Shown piece by piece: positions 1 to 17,361 of a stretch of 64,000 nt of DNA. This stretch comes from the human T2T-CHM13v2.0 reference genome, Homo sapiens, in assembly GCF_009914755.1 (NCBI RefSeq), contig NC_060926.1; one strand, 5' to 3'. Under the pieces are notes generated by a model. It was given only the letters and a program-made list of their open reading frames with translations, did not search any database and was not told the origin of the DNA. The position numbers and the translations under genes are program-made. Within the stretch, counting starts at the first letter, position 1; every line of letters begins with the position of its first letter.

Positions 1-365
1 GAACATTTGTGTAATAATTGATTAAATATGTCAATATCTAAAGAAATAGTCAAGTTTTCCCATGAATATTTGTAGTCCTCTATTGCTTATATTTTACAAT
101 ATATCCAACAATTGCTGTGGTTTAAGTAATATCAGTTTGACCTTTATTTTGTTTTAAAAACATATGTGATATTATCTGTGACAGATATCAAAGGATAAAA
201 TAAAACTGTTTTGTTACTATTACCATTAAAAAAGTAAAAGGAAGCAAAATTGTCTCATAGGCTTTTCAATAAAAAATTCTTTAAGTTAATATTTAAAGCT
301 AAATTTTATTTGGAGATGCTTTTCCATAATACAAAATTATTAGAGACTTTAAATCTCTAAAAGCG

Positions 366-538
366 GGGCAGGTGTGGTGGTTCACACCTGTAACTTTGAG
401 AGACCAGCAGTTTGAGAGTACAAGGCAGGTGAATCTCTTGAGCCCAGGAGTTTGAGACCAGCCTGGACAACATGGAGAAACTTCATCTCTGCAAAAAATA
501 TAAAAAATTAGCTGGGCATAGTAGCACTCACCTACTCA
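366..538 (+). mobile_element. Truncated old Alu (AluJ/FLAM-like left arm plus start of right arm)
   Basis: GGCAGGTGTGGTGGTTCACACCTGTAA...TTGAGCCCAGGAGTTTGAGACCAGCCTGGACAACATGG, then A-rich linker and TTAGCTGGGCATAG; similarity ends about 538. Confidence 0.85.
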
Positions 539-2168
539 GAATGTAAACTGGGACAGTATGAAGCACCACTATGGAGGTATTCAAGATAAGGGTCAAGTTA
601 TGAATTGAAAAGTTTGACTAAGGAGATCATCTGATGGTTATGTAATGTTACCTTTCTTCTGAGAGCACAATTTAAATGGATATTATGAATGAATGAGGAA
701 TATTGCCTTTTCCATTTTCATAGGAATTATCAACGAATTTCACCCTTCACCCAGTTTCAATGAGCTCACCTATGAATGTAAACTAGAAATCACAAGTCCC
801 ATGTGAGAAGAAAAGACCTGGGGAGCCATGTGAGATTTCCCAGTTTCTTCCTGCTTGGTCTGTGCCTCTTCCTTGTTTGTCTTTGAAATCACTAGTAAAT
901 CCTGATACTGAGTAAGAGTTCTAATTTGTGAATCTGATTTGATGATATGATTATTTGCATTAGCTCAGTAATCATGATTGTTTATTCGATAGCAGCAGTA
1001 AAATCATCAATATGAGGTTGATTTTTCATCATCAATATATTGAGATTAAAACAAATTACCACTGGAGGAGATGGCAATGCATGATTATCTTTCTGAGGGA
1101 AATTGTGAACATTTAAGAGCAAATATTTAATTGCATGTTAATGTACAGTAAACACTAGGGAAAATATACAGGTTTTTTAAAATAAGAAATAGCTTGCATA
1201 TAATACTTAGATGATGACTTATATAACATTTATGTAATGTCTTTATTAGTTTGAATCCATGGGTAATTTTTAAAAAAATGATCTGAAACTATCATTTTGA
1301 TATGATAGCTCCAAATCTGGATCTGCACTGTATATTGTAGATGTAGAATTAATTTTCTGCACAGAAATAGCAGTGCCTCATAATTATTGCCTGTGTTCCA
1401 TTCTCATTACTAGGTAAGAGTGGGGATGAAGTGAGGAGACAACATCCTTATCAATGTCTGACTTCTATACTTTTCAGTCCTTAAGGCTCTGCTTTCAATC
1501 TGCCCTGTGGGTGAGTTGAATAAAAGGATTTTTGGTTTTTATTTTTGATTAAAAGAGAAGGAAATTTATCTTGTAAGGTGATAAATCATTCTCCAAAACA
1601 CTATGTAAAGTAGTACTATATATATAGTCTGAAAAAAGTTATGTTTTCATGGAATTATTTCAAGATTGTCAAAACTAGAATTTTTTCAGTAATTACTTAA
1701 GACATGTAATTTGGATGATATTTAAAATTTCTATTATGAATAACTAGATTTAATTAAAGACTTCATCTAATTAGTACTGATAAGCATAACTTTGATTTAC
1801 ACATTCAAAAGATAGTTTCAATTTAATGTATTGAATTCTCTTTACAGACATTTGATTACAATTTAGATTGGGGTGATCACATTTTTAATCTGTTTTTATT
1901 TTGCAAGTTTTTAAAAGCCATATTTTAGTTAGTAATAATCATTTAGATTTTCTACAACTCTGTTCAAATGCATAGCCCATTAAAGGAATAAAAAATGGTG
2001 ACATAAAAGTTTTAAAATGCTATGTATATGAAACTAGAGTTTATAACCTCCATAAACTCTAATACACATATCAAGTTTTGATTATTCAGGTAAATGTATA
2101 AAAAATTTGTGGGGTTTTTTTACTCATTATACCAAACAAAATAATCTACGATATGTATCTTATTCTTC

Positions 2169-2874
2169 TGAGGAATAAAATTAAAATTCCAAGCCTCCAC
2201 CCAACTGAATGAACACACTTTTGTTCTAGGGATCCCCGAGAAATCTTGGAAGCTGTGTTACTGGCGATGATGGGACAAGAGATTGGACACACCTCGTTAT
2301 ACCCCCTCGTCACTAACTGACATTAAGTATTGCTTCTTATGGATTAAACAGAAACGAGCCATTCTGAAAGACTCCACACCAATATCAACAAACTCCCTGA
2401 TGCTTTCCCTCCCTGTCTGCAGTTTCAACACAACTAACCAGTACTTCTCTCTTATAAGACCATCAACCACTGAGTGGTTCTGGCAAGTCTATGGAGGATG
2501 CACAGTGAGGTTTTTTTTTGTGTCCTGTTTTTCACCTTTTGACATCAGAGGGCCAAAATCTCTACCCTCAAATCATGCTAATGCTGCCATGGGACCCATG
2601 GAGAGGCATGAAGCTCAATTGTACATATGCATGCTTGTCCTTTCATAAATATGCATTACTCCTCTTATAGCTTATGAATATGCATATTTGGCCACCCCAT
2701 TCAGCATAAATCCCTGTCTTGTTCTCCCAATCCTTGAAGTGCCTGTTTATAGCCTCTAGGCCAGAGACTATGCTTCCCAGCCTGTCAGAATGGCCACCCT
2801 GCAGACTGCAAGCCATTATGAGAAATAAAGCACTCTTTTTAAAATTTATGAACCTTGTCATTCTTCAGTTGACA
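2169..2874 (+). mobile_element. Solo ERV1 LTR, MER50-like
   Basis: TG...CA termini (TGAGG...CTTCAGTTGACA), AATAAA at ~2824, and an internal block (CCATCAACCAC..GTGGTTCTGG..GAATGGCCACCCTGCAG) resembling remembered MER50. No clean TSD. Confidence 0.75.
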
Positions 2875-3689
2875 GTTTTAAGCTGATAGAAAGAACTATT
2901 AGTACTACTTTTATGCTTAACATTACAAAATGTTTTTCTTTGTAGGAGGGAAATCACAGGTAAAATACATCTTCAAAGGCAACCTAAAATAGAAACAGTT
3001 CTTTTGTATGAGATGTGTTTATTTAAAGTCAAAGAATAAATAGTTTAAAGTGAATCTTCCATTATGTAGTTATTTTATCTTTATTCTGACCAGTGATTAG
3101 TTTGAATTAAATATTTGCTTATAACTTGGCAAGATTATGACTTGAAAAGCAAAATATCTAGATGGACAATTTTTACATAACAAATTAAACATGGAAAGAT
3201 ATTCTTATATTCTTCAGATCCACAAAAATACGTTATCTTCCATTTTGGGGGAATATTCGGCCTTCTGGTCTCTATTTTATTTTGATCAAAATCTAAAAAG
3301 CAAAGAGATATTATTTATTTTTTAATAAATGAAAGAGTAAAAACATGATGATGGATTCAAATGTCAATTAGTCTCTAAGAAAGTAAGATAAAAAAAAATG
3401 AAAAAGTTTGTGGCAAAATAAAAAGTACATGTATTCTTTCCAAAGAGGACATGTATTACTCAGTGCATAGAAAAAAGTCCCTGGAAAATATTTATTTACA
3501 GACTCTATAACTGTGCTAGTTTTTTTCTACATTTACCATTGAAGATACTTCTTTAACCTTTTCTGCTCTACTATCTGCTCTGGTAAACACTCCTGTGAAT
3601 TATACCTATTGAGTTCACTTTCCCAGTGGTTTTGGTTGAATTGGGCAAAAAAAGAGCCATTTGTAGGAGGAAAGACAGACCAAAGTGAT

Positions 3690-3987
3690 TATTTTCCCCT
3701 CCCTTTTCTTGCCAGGCTGAGGCTTTGGCAGTAGCTACTCCTTTTGGAATGCACATCTCCTGCAAGTACAGTCTTTGCTTGTATCTGGTTACCTCTGTCC
3801 CCCTTTCCATTGAGGACTGGGAGTTGGGAGTAAGAGCTTCCTATTCATGACAGCTCCTGGGTGAATCACCACTGCATGTTGTTTCACTTAACTCTACCTA
3901 GACCTCTAAATAGCTTCTTCCTTAAACTTCTTTCAACTAACCCTTTGATTGTACCATCTATTTCACGGCGGGACTCTGAATGATACC
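3690..3987 (+). mobile_element. ERVL LTR 3' fragment, LTR33-like
   Basis: Ends TAACCCTTTGATTGTACCATCTATTTCACGGCGGGACTCTGAATGATAC, resembling the LTR33 terminus; left boundary uncertain. Confidence 0.5.
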
Positions 3988-4084
3988 GTAATTATAGTTA
4001 ATGTACTTTGGTTGATTCTTGACTATGCAGGAATGAGGGCTCTATTTTGCTGTGCCTTCTACATATTTATTAAAATGTGTAAAT

Positions 4085-4500
4085 TCAAATTTTTAAACAT
4101 ATAAGCAGAAAAGTGCACATATCATATTTCTATAGCTTTATGACTTTTCACAAACTTTATATACCCATATGATCCACATTGAAATCAGAAAGTAGAGGAT
4201 TACCAGGTCCCCAAATGTCCCAATTTTGCTTCTAGTTACTACTCTCTTAAGTGTAATGTCCTAATTTTTCTAACTGCATGAATTTGTCTTACCTCTGTTT
4301 GAACTTTATATAAAGGGAGTCACTCAGCATGTACAATTTAGTCTATGCATTTCAATTCATATTGTTAAGTATAATTGAATTAATTTATTCTCATTGCTTG
4401 GTATTCCAACATAATTTATCTTTTTTAATGGACTTTTGGGTTGTTTCCAGTTTCCTGCTACTATGAGTAAAACAGCTATAAGCACTCCATGCTTATTTTT
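4085..4500 (-). mobile_element. Old L1 (L1M) 3' fragment
   Basis: CAGAAAAGTGCACATATCATA...TTTGAACTTTATATAAAGGGAGTC...TTGGGTTGTTTCCAGTTT, typical of the antisense L1MD/L1ME 3' end. Confidence 0.65.
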
Positions 4501-5924
4501 TTCTTAGCCGATATGTATTCTCGGAATTGTAGGTCAGAAGTAAGGATAGCATAGGTTTGTGATAGTATTTTGTGCATCCTGGCTTATTTTTGAGAAGGGT
4601 AAGGAAAGAGGTTCTGTTCTAGATTGGGAGTTGTCATAAAATTATGGCAAATAAGTATTTGTATATCTCAATCATTTCTAATCTAGAAGGTAAGACAAAA
4701 AAGTAGAATAGTATTGTCATATGTAAAGAGGCAGTCGTCAGTCATTTGGCCAGGAGAAAGAGAAATTTAGTAATTTTTATGATTGTATTATGTCCTTGTA
4801 TTTGGTTTTGTTCCATTATGGTCATGGAATAATGCCATCAGATATTGATATTCTGTGAAATCATTTATATTCAGCAGGGAACATCATGGACTGCTGTTAT
4901 TTGCCAAGCCAATTACCAGTTGTCAGCTGTCAAGGCTGTTTTGTTGTTTCTTAGTTTACCATTTTGGTCAAAGGCAGATAAAGTCAAGCTCCATTATATT
5001 AATCTATAGTGTTCAGAACTACACCACTGCCAAAATTCTATTGACCAGGAGGCTGTTTAACAGATGTTGTTTGCAATTGAACTGAAGTTAGTCAACCCTG
5101 ATCCTTTTGTTTCAGAGTGAATGATTTAATCATCTGATATGGCAATAACTCTGAAGAATTCTGGCTAGGATGTATCAGCAAACTGCAATGCAGGCAAGCA
5201 TCAGAAATAAATGATTATTAGTTCTTATAATAGGTCTTGAAACCAGGGGCCTAGATGACTAACCACATACTAACAAAATATGTTGTAAAGACTAGCTTAT
5301 ATGTTCTACAGATTAAGTTGTATGTTGTATAAGTCATTTTCCATATCAACTTGCAATAAGGAAAAGCCCATGAACAGGGATGAGATTCCAAAGCACATAG
5401 GAATACCGAAGAAAATTTGATGGTCAATCAAGTACTAGGTGAAAAGTCAAGGCTTTGCTAAGTTTTCAGAGTTTAAATACGTGATAACACAGTAAGCTTG
5501 CTATTTTTAATTTCTGTTTTTAAATTTGAATCATTAACAACTATTAAATCAGAATCATTCAAGGTATTCTTCAAGAGTTTTGAATGAGGTATGTATTACT
5601 TTATAAAAGAAGCTAAACGATAGTAGTACTTTCCTTTCTGAGGAAGGAAAAGGAGAGTTGCTGAGTTCAGACTGTTGCAGTGATAAATAATGATATTTAA
5701 AGGGGATAAAAACAATGAGGGAATTGACAAATCTCTAGAGTGCTTCAATTATCTCATAAAGTATATTAAAGTTAAGTCCAATAGATAAAAAGATTTCAAC
5801 CTAAAAACCAGAAAACAAAATCCATCTTTGTGCTTAGATTTGAATATACTGCCTTTAGCATGAAAAGTGTATACTTCTTGAAACACATTAGTATACTTTA
5901 TACATAATTAACTTTAGAAGACTG

Positions 5925-6245
<321 letters not shown>

Positions 6246-6264
6246 ATCGATCTTTTGATTTGTT

Positions 6265-7150
6265 TCTTTAACATTTTATTTTAAGATAATCATAGATCCA
6301 CATGCACTTGTAAGAAATATCATAGAGAGATATGGTATACACTTCATTCAGTTCCCTCCCATTGTAACTTACTGTATAACTGTAGTACGATATCATAGCC
6401 AGGATATCAATACCAGTATAATCAACCAACTTGAGATTTTAAAATTTTACATGCACTCAATTCGGTCTCTGTGTGTGTTTGTGTGTGTGTTTAGTCCTAT
6501 GCAATTTTATAACATGCAGATTTATGTCACCACCACCACAGTTAAGATATAGCACCATATTATTAAAATAATCTCTTGTGCTACTATTTTACAGTCAGTC
6601 AATTCCTTCCCCACTCTTATATTTAACTCCTTGCAATTATATAACAATACAATATATAGCACTGGATTTTTTTTTCTCAGCATGATTCCTTTGGGATCTA
6701 TCCAAGGTTGCATATATCAATAGATTGTTCTTTTTCATTGCTGAGTAATATTCTATGGTATGTATATACCACAGCGTGTTTCAGCATTTACTCTTGTAGG
6801 ACATTAGAATTTTTCCCAGTTCTTGGCTAGCTATTCATGTTCAGATGTGAACCTACTTTCATTTTCTTTTTCTGGGCTAAATATTCAAGTGTACAACTAT
6901 GCCCAAGTCACACAGTAAGCACAATGGTAGTTTTGTGAGAAACAGCCACAATTTTTTCCTGAATGTCTGTACCATTTTACATTCCCACCAGCAACTTATG
7001 TGTGTTCCAGTTTTTCCAAATTTTCACCAGCATTTATGGCTACCACTATTTTTTATTTTTCTTTAGTCATTCTGATGGTTTTGTAATATCTCATTATAGT
7101 TTTATTTGCATTTTCCTAATGACTAATTATTTTGAACATCTTTCCATGTG
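6265..7150 (-). mobile_element. L1MC-type 3' end
   Basis: TTTTATTTTAAGATAATCATAGATCCACATGCACTTGTAAGAAAT start and GTACCATTTTACATTCCCACCAGCAAC ORF2-end motif in antisense. Confidence 0.75.
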
Positions 7151-8720
7151 ATTATCTTATTTATCAAAAATATTTTACAGATGTCTTTCTAATATAATTT
7201 GTCAACATCTCTATTATTATACTAAAATTTAAAGACTTTAGAAATCATTTAAAAACCCCAAGTGTCCTATCTTTTTTCATCTTGAAATTTAGTGAACAAG
7301 TGCATTATAGAAATTTATACTTTGTGTTTTTTGTTTTTAATTTTGGCTTTTAGCAAGATGGGATTTACATATACATTTTTTTTCTTGTTACCTGGAATGA
7401 GATAAGTAACTTTCCATGGTCCTCCTTAAACTATCAACAAATGTCAGCTTACTATACTTAACTTTTAAATTCTTATAAGGCTTATACCAATTAACCATTT
7501 AAGCTAGCTTTGTTTTGCTTTTTAATTTCTTGATCTCACAAAATGATATACAGTTTGATAGATGCCAGGAGAATTAAAAGGATATATGCCAAAACAATCT
7601 ACATTTTTTAAATCAAAATTTCCCTCTCCTTTTTGGGGATTGGGATATCCTTAATAAAGGTGTAGAGATTAGAATATAATCAGTGTTTAAAGCTATATGC
7701 AATCATAATTTCTTCCAGATGGTGATACCTTCTTTGGGAACATTGAGGAAATACCATCAGGCAGGAGAGGGAGAAGGTAGGGAAAAAAAAAGAGAGATAA
7801 ATAGGAAAAAAAGTGAACACAATTTAGGTGAATCATCAAGTATAGTAATGTGGCTGGACAAAGTGGTTAGAGTGTTCTATACTAATAAGATCAAGTTTTC
7901 ATAGTGTTGCTCAACATTTCTCTATTATTAATAATTTTCTGTTTGTTCCATAATATTTGAGAGGGAAGTGTTGGAATCTCTAATTGCAGTTGTAAAAATT
8001 ATCTATTTCTCCTTCTAGTTCCATCAGTTTTTGCTTCATGTATTTTGAAATTCTAGTATTGGCTTCTTGCTATATTGACCCCTTTATGATGAGAAAATGA
8101 CTTTCTTCATTCTTGGTAATATTTCTTGCTCTGAAATATACATTGTATGATATTAATAAAGAAACCCTAGGTTTTAAAAATGTTGTGTGACATATATTTT
8201 CCATCTTTTTACATTTAACCTAATCTCTTTATATTTGCATTGCTGTGGTTCAGTTAGCATATAATTATCTTGCTTTTTATCCAATTTAAAACTCTCTGTC
8301 TTTTAGAGTGATTATATGATTTGTGTTTAATCAAGTTCACTTATGATGGAGTTTAAACCTATCATCTTTCTATTTGTTTTCTTTTGCTGCTTCTATTTTT
8401 TGGTCCTCTTTTTTCATGTTTTTCAGACTTCCATGATATGAATATTTTGATTTCATTTAACTTTCACTAAAGAAATAGCAACTATACTTCTTTGTTTTGT
8501 TTTTAAGCAACAAGTTTAAAAGTTTGTTTAAATGAGTAAAATCCATTTTATATTTACTATGTAATTACAATTTCTCATTACCTGTATTCATTTGTTAGAA
8601 AATTTTATCCAGTATCATTTTTTCTCTCTCAAATTTTCTTTAGCATTATTTAATACAAGCTTGTTAGAAATGAATGATTTAACACTGTTTTAAGATGGTT
8701 CAATTTTCTAAATCTCATAG

Positions 8721-9104
<384 letters not shown>

Positions 9105-9411
9105 TAGTTTTTAGAAATTTGATTATGTACCTTACTGTGCTTTTTTTTTTTCTCCTTAGAGTTTTTTGTTTTTCTCAGTCTGTGGCTTTATAGTTTTTTT
9201 CTTCAAGATAACTATCATTAAAAATTTGTGGCCATTATTTTTTCTAATTATTTTGTGCTCTCTATTCTCTTTCTTCTCCACATACACTACTGACACATAT
9301 TTATACTGCTTAATATTATCCTGCAGGTCATTGATGCATTATTCATTTCTTTTGTAGGCTCTTTTACCTCAACATTTCATGTAAATAGTTGATAGTCTCT
9401 TTTTGTTCATG

Positions 9412-9664
9412 CAAGTTGAGTATTCCTAATCCAAAAATCTGAAATCGAAAATGCTACAAAATCCAAAACACTCCAAACCTGAAACTTTTGAGCACTGAAA
9501 TGACACTCAAAACAAATGCTTATCCAACTATTTTGGATTTGGGATTTTCAAATTAGGAATGCTCAACCAATAAGTATAATATAAGTATTCCCAAATCTGA
9601 AAGAAATCTTAAATCCTAAAACCACTTCTGGGCCCATGCATTTTGCATAAGTGATGCTCACCTG
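9412..9664. mobile_element. Tigger4a (MER46A/Zombi) non-autonomous TcMar DNA transposon
   Basis: Terminal inverted repeats CAAGTTGAGTATTCCTAATCC ... GCATAAGTGATGCTCACCTG, internal AATCCGAA-like repeats, TA after the right end. Confidence 0.85.
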
Positions 9665-11904
9665 TATTTCTTTTGAATTGTGTCTCTGCACTTCACTCTG
9701 GATATCTTCAAGGTTCCTAACCGTCTCTACTTCAGTTTCTAATATGTTATTAATTCCATCTAGTATAATTTTTCTCACACATAGTTTTCATCTCTAGAAG
9801 TTTAATTTTAGCATTTTAAAATCTCGTTCTCCCCTCATCATATTCATGTGTTTCTCTATCTTCTTGACATATAGTTTATATCTGTAATACTTGACTTTAC
9901 TTACTTGCCTACTAATTCTATGATTTATGTCATTTCTGAGTCAGAATCTACTCACCAATTTTCCTCCTGGTTATGGTTTATATATTGTTTTGTTTTTTGA
10001 ATGCTTATAAAGTTGTTATTTGATTCCAGAATTATTAAGTTTACTTTGTTGGCTATAAGCTTTCATTTTTTTCTATAAATATTGCTGGGCTTTATTCTGT
10101 GGTACAGTTAAGTTTCTTGCTTTCAGTATAATCTTTTCAGGATTTGTTTTCGACCTTCCTAAGAGTGAGTCTATAATAGCTTTTAGTCTAGTACTGTTTG
10201 GTCACACTAATGAGGAAAAACAGTTCTGATGACTCTATTCAATAAGGTCTAATCTATTAGGAGAATTTTTTACTCTAGCTGATGGGATCATGTACATTTA
10301 CTTTAGCTGATGGGATCTGTGTGCATTCCAGTATTTGTATTGTGACATTTTATTGTTGTTCTTTCTCTGGCTTTGGTTCATTTTTTTCACATATATGCAC
10401 AAAATAGTACTCAGCCAAAGGCTTGAGGGGACCCTTCTGCAAATCCTGGAACAATCTCTCTGTGTGTCTCTTTGTGTAGCTTTTTCTTCTTGAGTATTTT
10501 GTCTCTCTCATTCTAGCCAGGTTGATCTCTTAGAACCATATTTTTTCTTTATAATTTAAAAGGCTGCATCTTCCCCTCTGTGCTGTGCCCAGAAACACTC
10601 TTCAGACAGTAAGATGAGTTAACTGTAGATCTCTCTTCATTTGTTTCTCTTATCTAAGGGATCACCTTGCTGCCAGTTGTCCAATGTCTTAAAACTGTCG
10701 CTTCCCATATTCCGCCTCATTTTTTAGTTGTTTAAAATGAGAGAGTGTCTCATAACTCCATCATAGCCCAGAGTGGAATTTTCTAAGGGTGTCTGTTAGA
10801 CACCATTAATTTAAATAAGGTCCAGTTTTTCAATTTTGTTTTTGACGTTAATGTTTTTGTCTCTTATTTTTTTCTTAGAAACTATGTGTAATCTAAGATT
10901 CTAAGGGTGTTCTCATATATTTATTTCTATAACTGTATTTTTCACATTTATACTCATGATTTATTTCAAATTAATCTCTATGATAGCATTGATAGTGATT
11001 TAATCTGGGATTATTTTATTTCAACCTATTAAATTACCTAAATTTAATTCTGAACAATCCAATAATTTTGTGACAGTTTATTTGCATTTATTTCTGAATT
11101 CTGTCCTTTAATAGACAGCATTAGAAATGTTCACTCTTGGCTATGATGGAGTAAGAGAGATTGCATTTACTCTCCTAATTTACACAACTAGAAAATTATA
11201 AAATATATATATATATAAGTTGATTATTTACATTTAAAAAAATAGATGATGTTTATTAGCTCAATTCCATTCAGTCATACTTTGTATAGAGCTGAGAGTT
11301 CTCTAGATCTAAGTAAATTCTCCACTTTTTTTTTTTCTCTTTGACGCCAAGTCATTCTTTTTCTCAATCTAGTTCAGTGAAATTTCGTTTGGCTGTATTT
11401 TAGTTGACCACATGGATCACCAAAACATTAATTGTTGAAACAAGTCCTATTTATCTTTAGTTGCATTAAAAATTTGTATTTATCATAAATTGAGTGAAGT
11501 TTAATATATTTTTATGTGCTTAAGAGCCACTTTATTTCTTTTACTTTTTTGTGTACCATTTGTTTACAAATTTTGGCAATATTTTTATGTCTTAATTTTT
11601 GATATTTTATTTATTAATTTATAGTAGCTGTTTGTATTTCAAAGAAAGTAGACCCTTGGCTTTGATATTAGTTGCAGATATTTTAAATTCTTATCTAAAA
11701 ATAAAATTTTAAATAAAATAAAGTAACCCCTTTAGTATTAGTTGTAGATATTTTAAAATATTATTTATATTGTAACTTTTCTTTAAGTATGCCTACTTAA
11801 TTATTGTAGGATAAAAATGGAAGTAAATAAAGAAATTTGAAGGCAAATATTAAAGGTACTGGGGAGTGAACACTAAAGGATCAGAAAGATGCCTTTTGAT
11901 ACTT

Positions 11905-12030
11905 GCAAAGGCTTTAGAGTCAGACTGTGTATGTTTCAGTCTGGGATCTACCTCTTATATTGTAGGTTTAGACAAGTTGCTAAATGTTTCTTGTCCCAGT
12001 CTTCTCATCTACAAAATGGCAAAATTATTG
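11905..12030 (+). mobile_element. MIR fragment
   Basis: GGCTTTAGAGTCAGACTG...GACAAGTTGCTAAAT...CAGTCTTCTCATCTACAAAATGG core. Confidence 0.75.
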
Positions 12031-12981
12031 CACAAGCCTCATGGGAAAACAACTTTAACATGGCTCATTGAAGGTGCTTTGTTAGCTATTTATGAGTGCT
12101 AGGACAAAAGCCTTCTTGTATACTGACACTTCACATAGGGGAAAATGTCAGAGGAATAAAATCTTAGATTTAAAAATTCTTAAAATATCTTTCAGAATAC
12201 AAATTTTTGAAGCTGACTTTAAATTGAGTTAAGGCTGCAAAAATACTATTATAAAGGGTATTTTAAAATTTTCCTCAATTGAATAATTGTATGATCTAAT
12301 TTAAATAGCCTGTTTTATCTCAGGGTTTTATTAGCATAAAAGAGATTCACATTATTATCATTATCATTCTTACTGTCATTTGCTTTATCTAAATAGTCAT
12401 TTCAGACTAGCAGTGTAATGGAGAAACTCTGTTGAGAACCTCATTCCAATTGTGGGCTATTCAAAACTTACTAAAAATGTTTTGCATCGTCTTTTTAATA
12501 CTTTTTCATAATCAAAACTTTGAAGATTAATTTTAGTCTCAATATAATATAAACATTAATTAGCATATAATACCTTTTACATTATTTTTCATAGTTTTTT
12601 TGTTCACAATTGTGGATTGTAAAGTATGCTAATTACCAAGGTAAATGTCAGATGAATCACAAAAACTGGCTTTAGACACTGATATTATTAATTCATGTAA
12701 TTAATTTAGCTATATGATAGCCCCTTCCTACTGTGATAAACACTGACAATTACATATTTGGCACCCTACTATAATCTTATTGCATGAATATCTTACTCAT
12801 TTAAAATCATCGTTGTATACATAATATAGCTACATTTATCTAGGTAGCTACCTATGTATCTATCTATCCATTCATCCAGATGCTGTGAGATATTATAAAT
12901 TATTGTAAGCTAAATATATTCCATGTCTTCTTTTTACCTCCTTAAATGTTGACCTAAATGACATTTATGGGACATTAAATC

Positions 12982-13635
12982 TTTTGGGGCTCAGAAAGTG
13001 ATACCCCAAAGTATGGCATTTCAGGATGCTAAGTACTTCAACCTAAAGGACATTGGAGAGACCTCAGAAGAAAAGTTTCTTTCTGACTTCCTTCTCTCCT
13101 TCTTTCTCCTGCTTCTCTTTGTTTCTCAAGGCAGGCCATAGGATTCCTCTTCCCCCAAAGTGGGTCATAGGATGTAGAAACATTACTCTAACCTTTTCTC
13201 AGTTTTCTGCTTAGGACTTAGAATAAAGAAATTCTCTGACTTACCCTACTCTAATAATAAGCCATATAATCATAATTCCAGAGTGATCCTGGCCCATTTT
13301 TGGGAGAAAGAAATGTTACAAAAGAGAAGCCAAGAAGAATATGATCAGAAAACCATTGCTGGGTTTCCCCACTTAATCTATTTCCATTGGGTTATTCCCT
13401 TTTATCTAATCACCTTTTGACGCAGCTGTCCATGCTTCATCACACTTAAGTATAAAAATAGACAGTATTCTCTGAGTGTTTGAGGTTTTCATTTTTGAAG
13501 TCTTCTGTGTCATGTAAAACTTTGATTAAACAAGCCTGTTATGGTCTCCTTTTGTTAACCAGTCTTTTTTATAGGACTGTTGGGCGTAACCCCTATGATG
13601 GGTTAGGAGAGTTGTCACACCTTACTGACCCTACA
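12982..13635 (+). mobile_element. Solo ERV1 LTR, MER31-like
   Basis: Starts TTTTGGGGCTCAGAAAGTGATACCCCAAAGTATGGC and ends CCCTATGATGGGTTAGGAGAG..CCCTACA, resembling remembered MER31 termini. Confidence 0.75.
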
Positions 13636-13927
13636 CATTCAACAACAGAAAAATACAAACTATTTTTAATGAGAAAAATAGTATTGCTTTTTTTAATAGT
13701 AATTTTTTTAAATTTTATCATTATTATACTTTAAGTTTTAGGGTACATGTGCACAACCTGCAGGTTTGTTACATATGTATACATGTGCCATGCTGGTGTG
13801 CTGCACCCATTAACTTGTCATTTAGCATTACGTATATCTCCTAAGGCTATCCCTCTCCCCGCCCCCCACCCCACAACAGTCTCCGGTGTGTGACGTTCCC
13901 CTTCCTGTGTCCATGTGTTCTCATTGT

Positions 13928-16960
<3,033 letters not shown>

Positions 16961-17361
16961 TGAAGAGAGTAGTGGTTCTCCCAGCATGCAGCTTGAGATC
17001 TGAGAACGGGCAGACTGCCTCCTCAAGTGGGTCCCTGACCCCCGAGTAGCCTAAGTGGGAGGCACTCCCCAGTAGGGGTGGACTGACACCTTACACAGCT
17101 GGGTACTCCTCTGAGACAAAACTTCCAGAGGAACGATCAGGCAGCAGCATTTGCGGTTCACCAAAATCCGCTGTTCTGTAGCCACTGCTGCTGATACCCA
17201 GGCAAACAGGGTCTGAAGTGGACCTCTAGCAAACTCCAACAGACCTGCAGCTGAGGATCCTGTCTGTTAGAAGGAAAACTAACAAACAGAAAGGACATCC
17301 ACACCAAAACCCATCTGTACGTCACCATCATCAAAGACCAAAGGTAGATAAAACCACAAAG

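Noticed and set aside
2283-2648. 121-aa ORF
   Set aside because: Lies wholly within a MER50-like LTR, has a non-ATG start and no recognisable domain.
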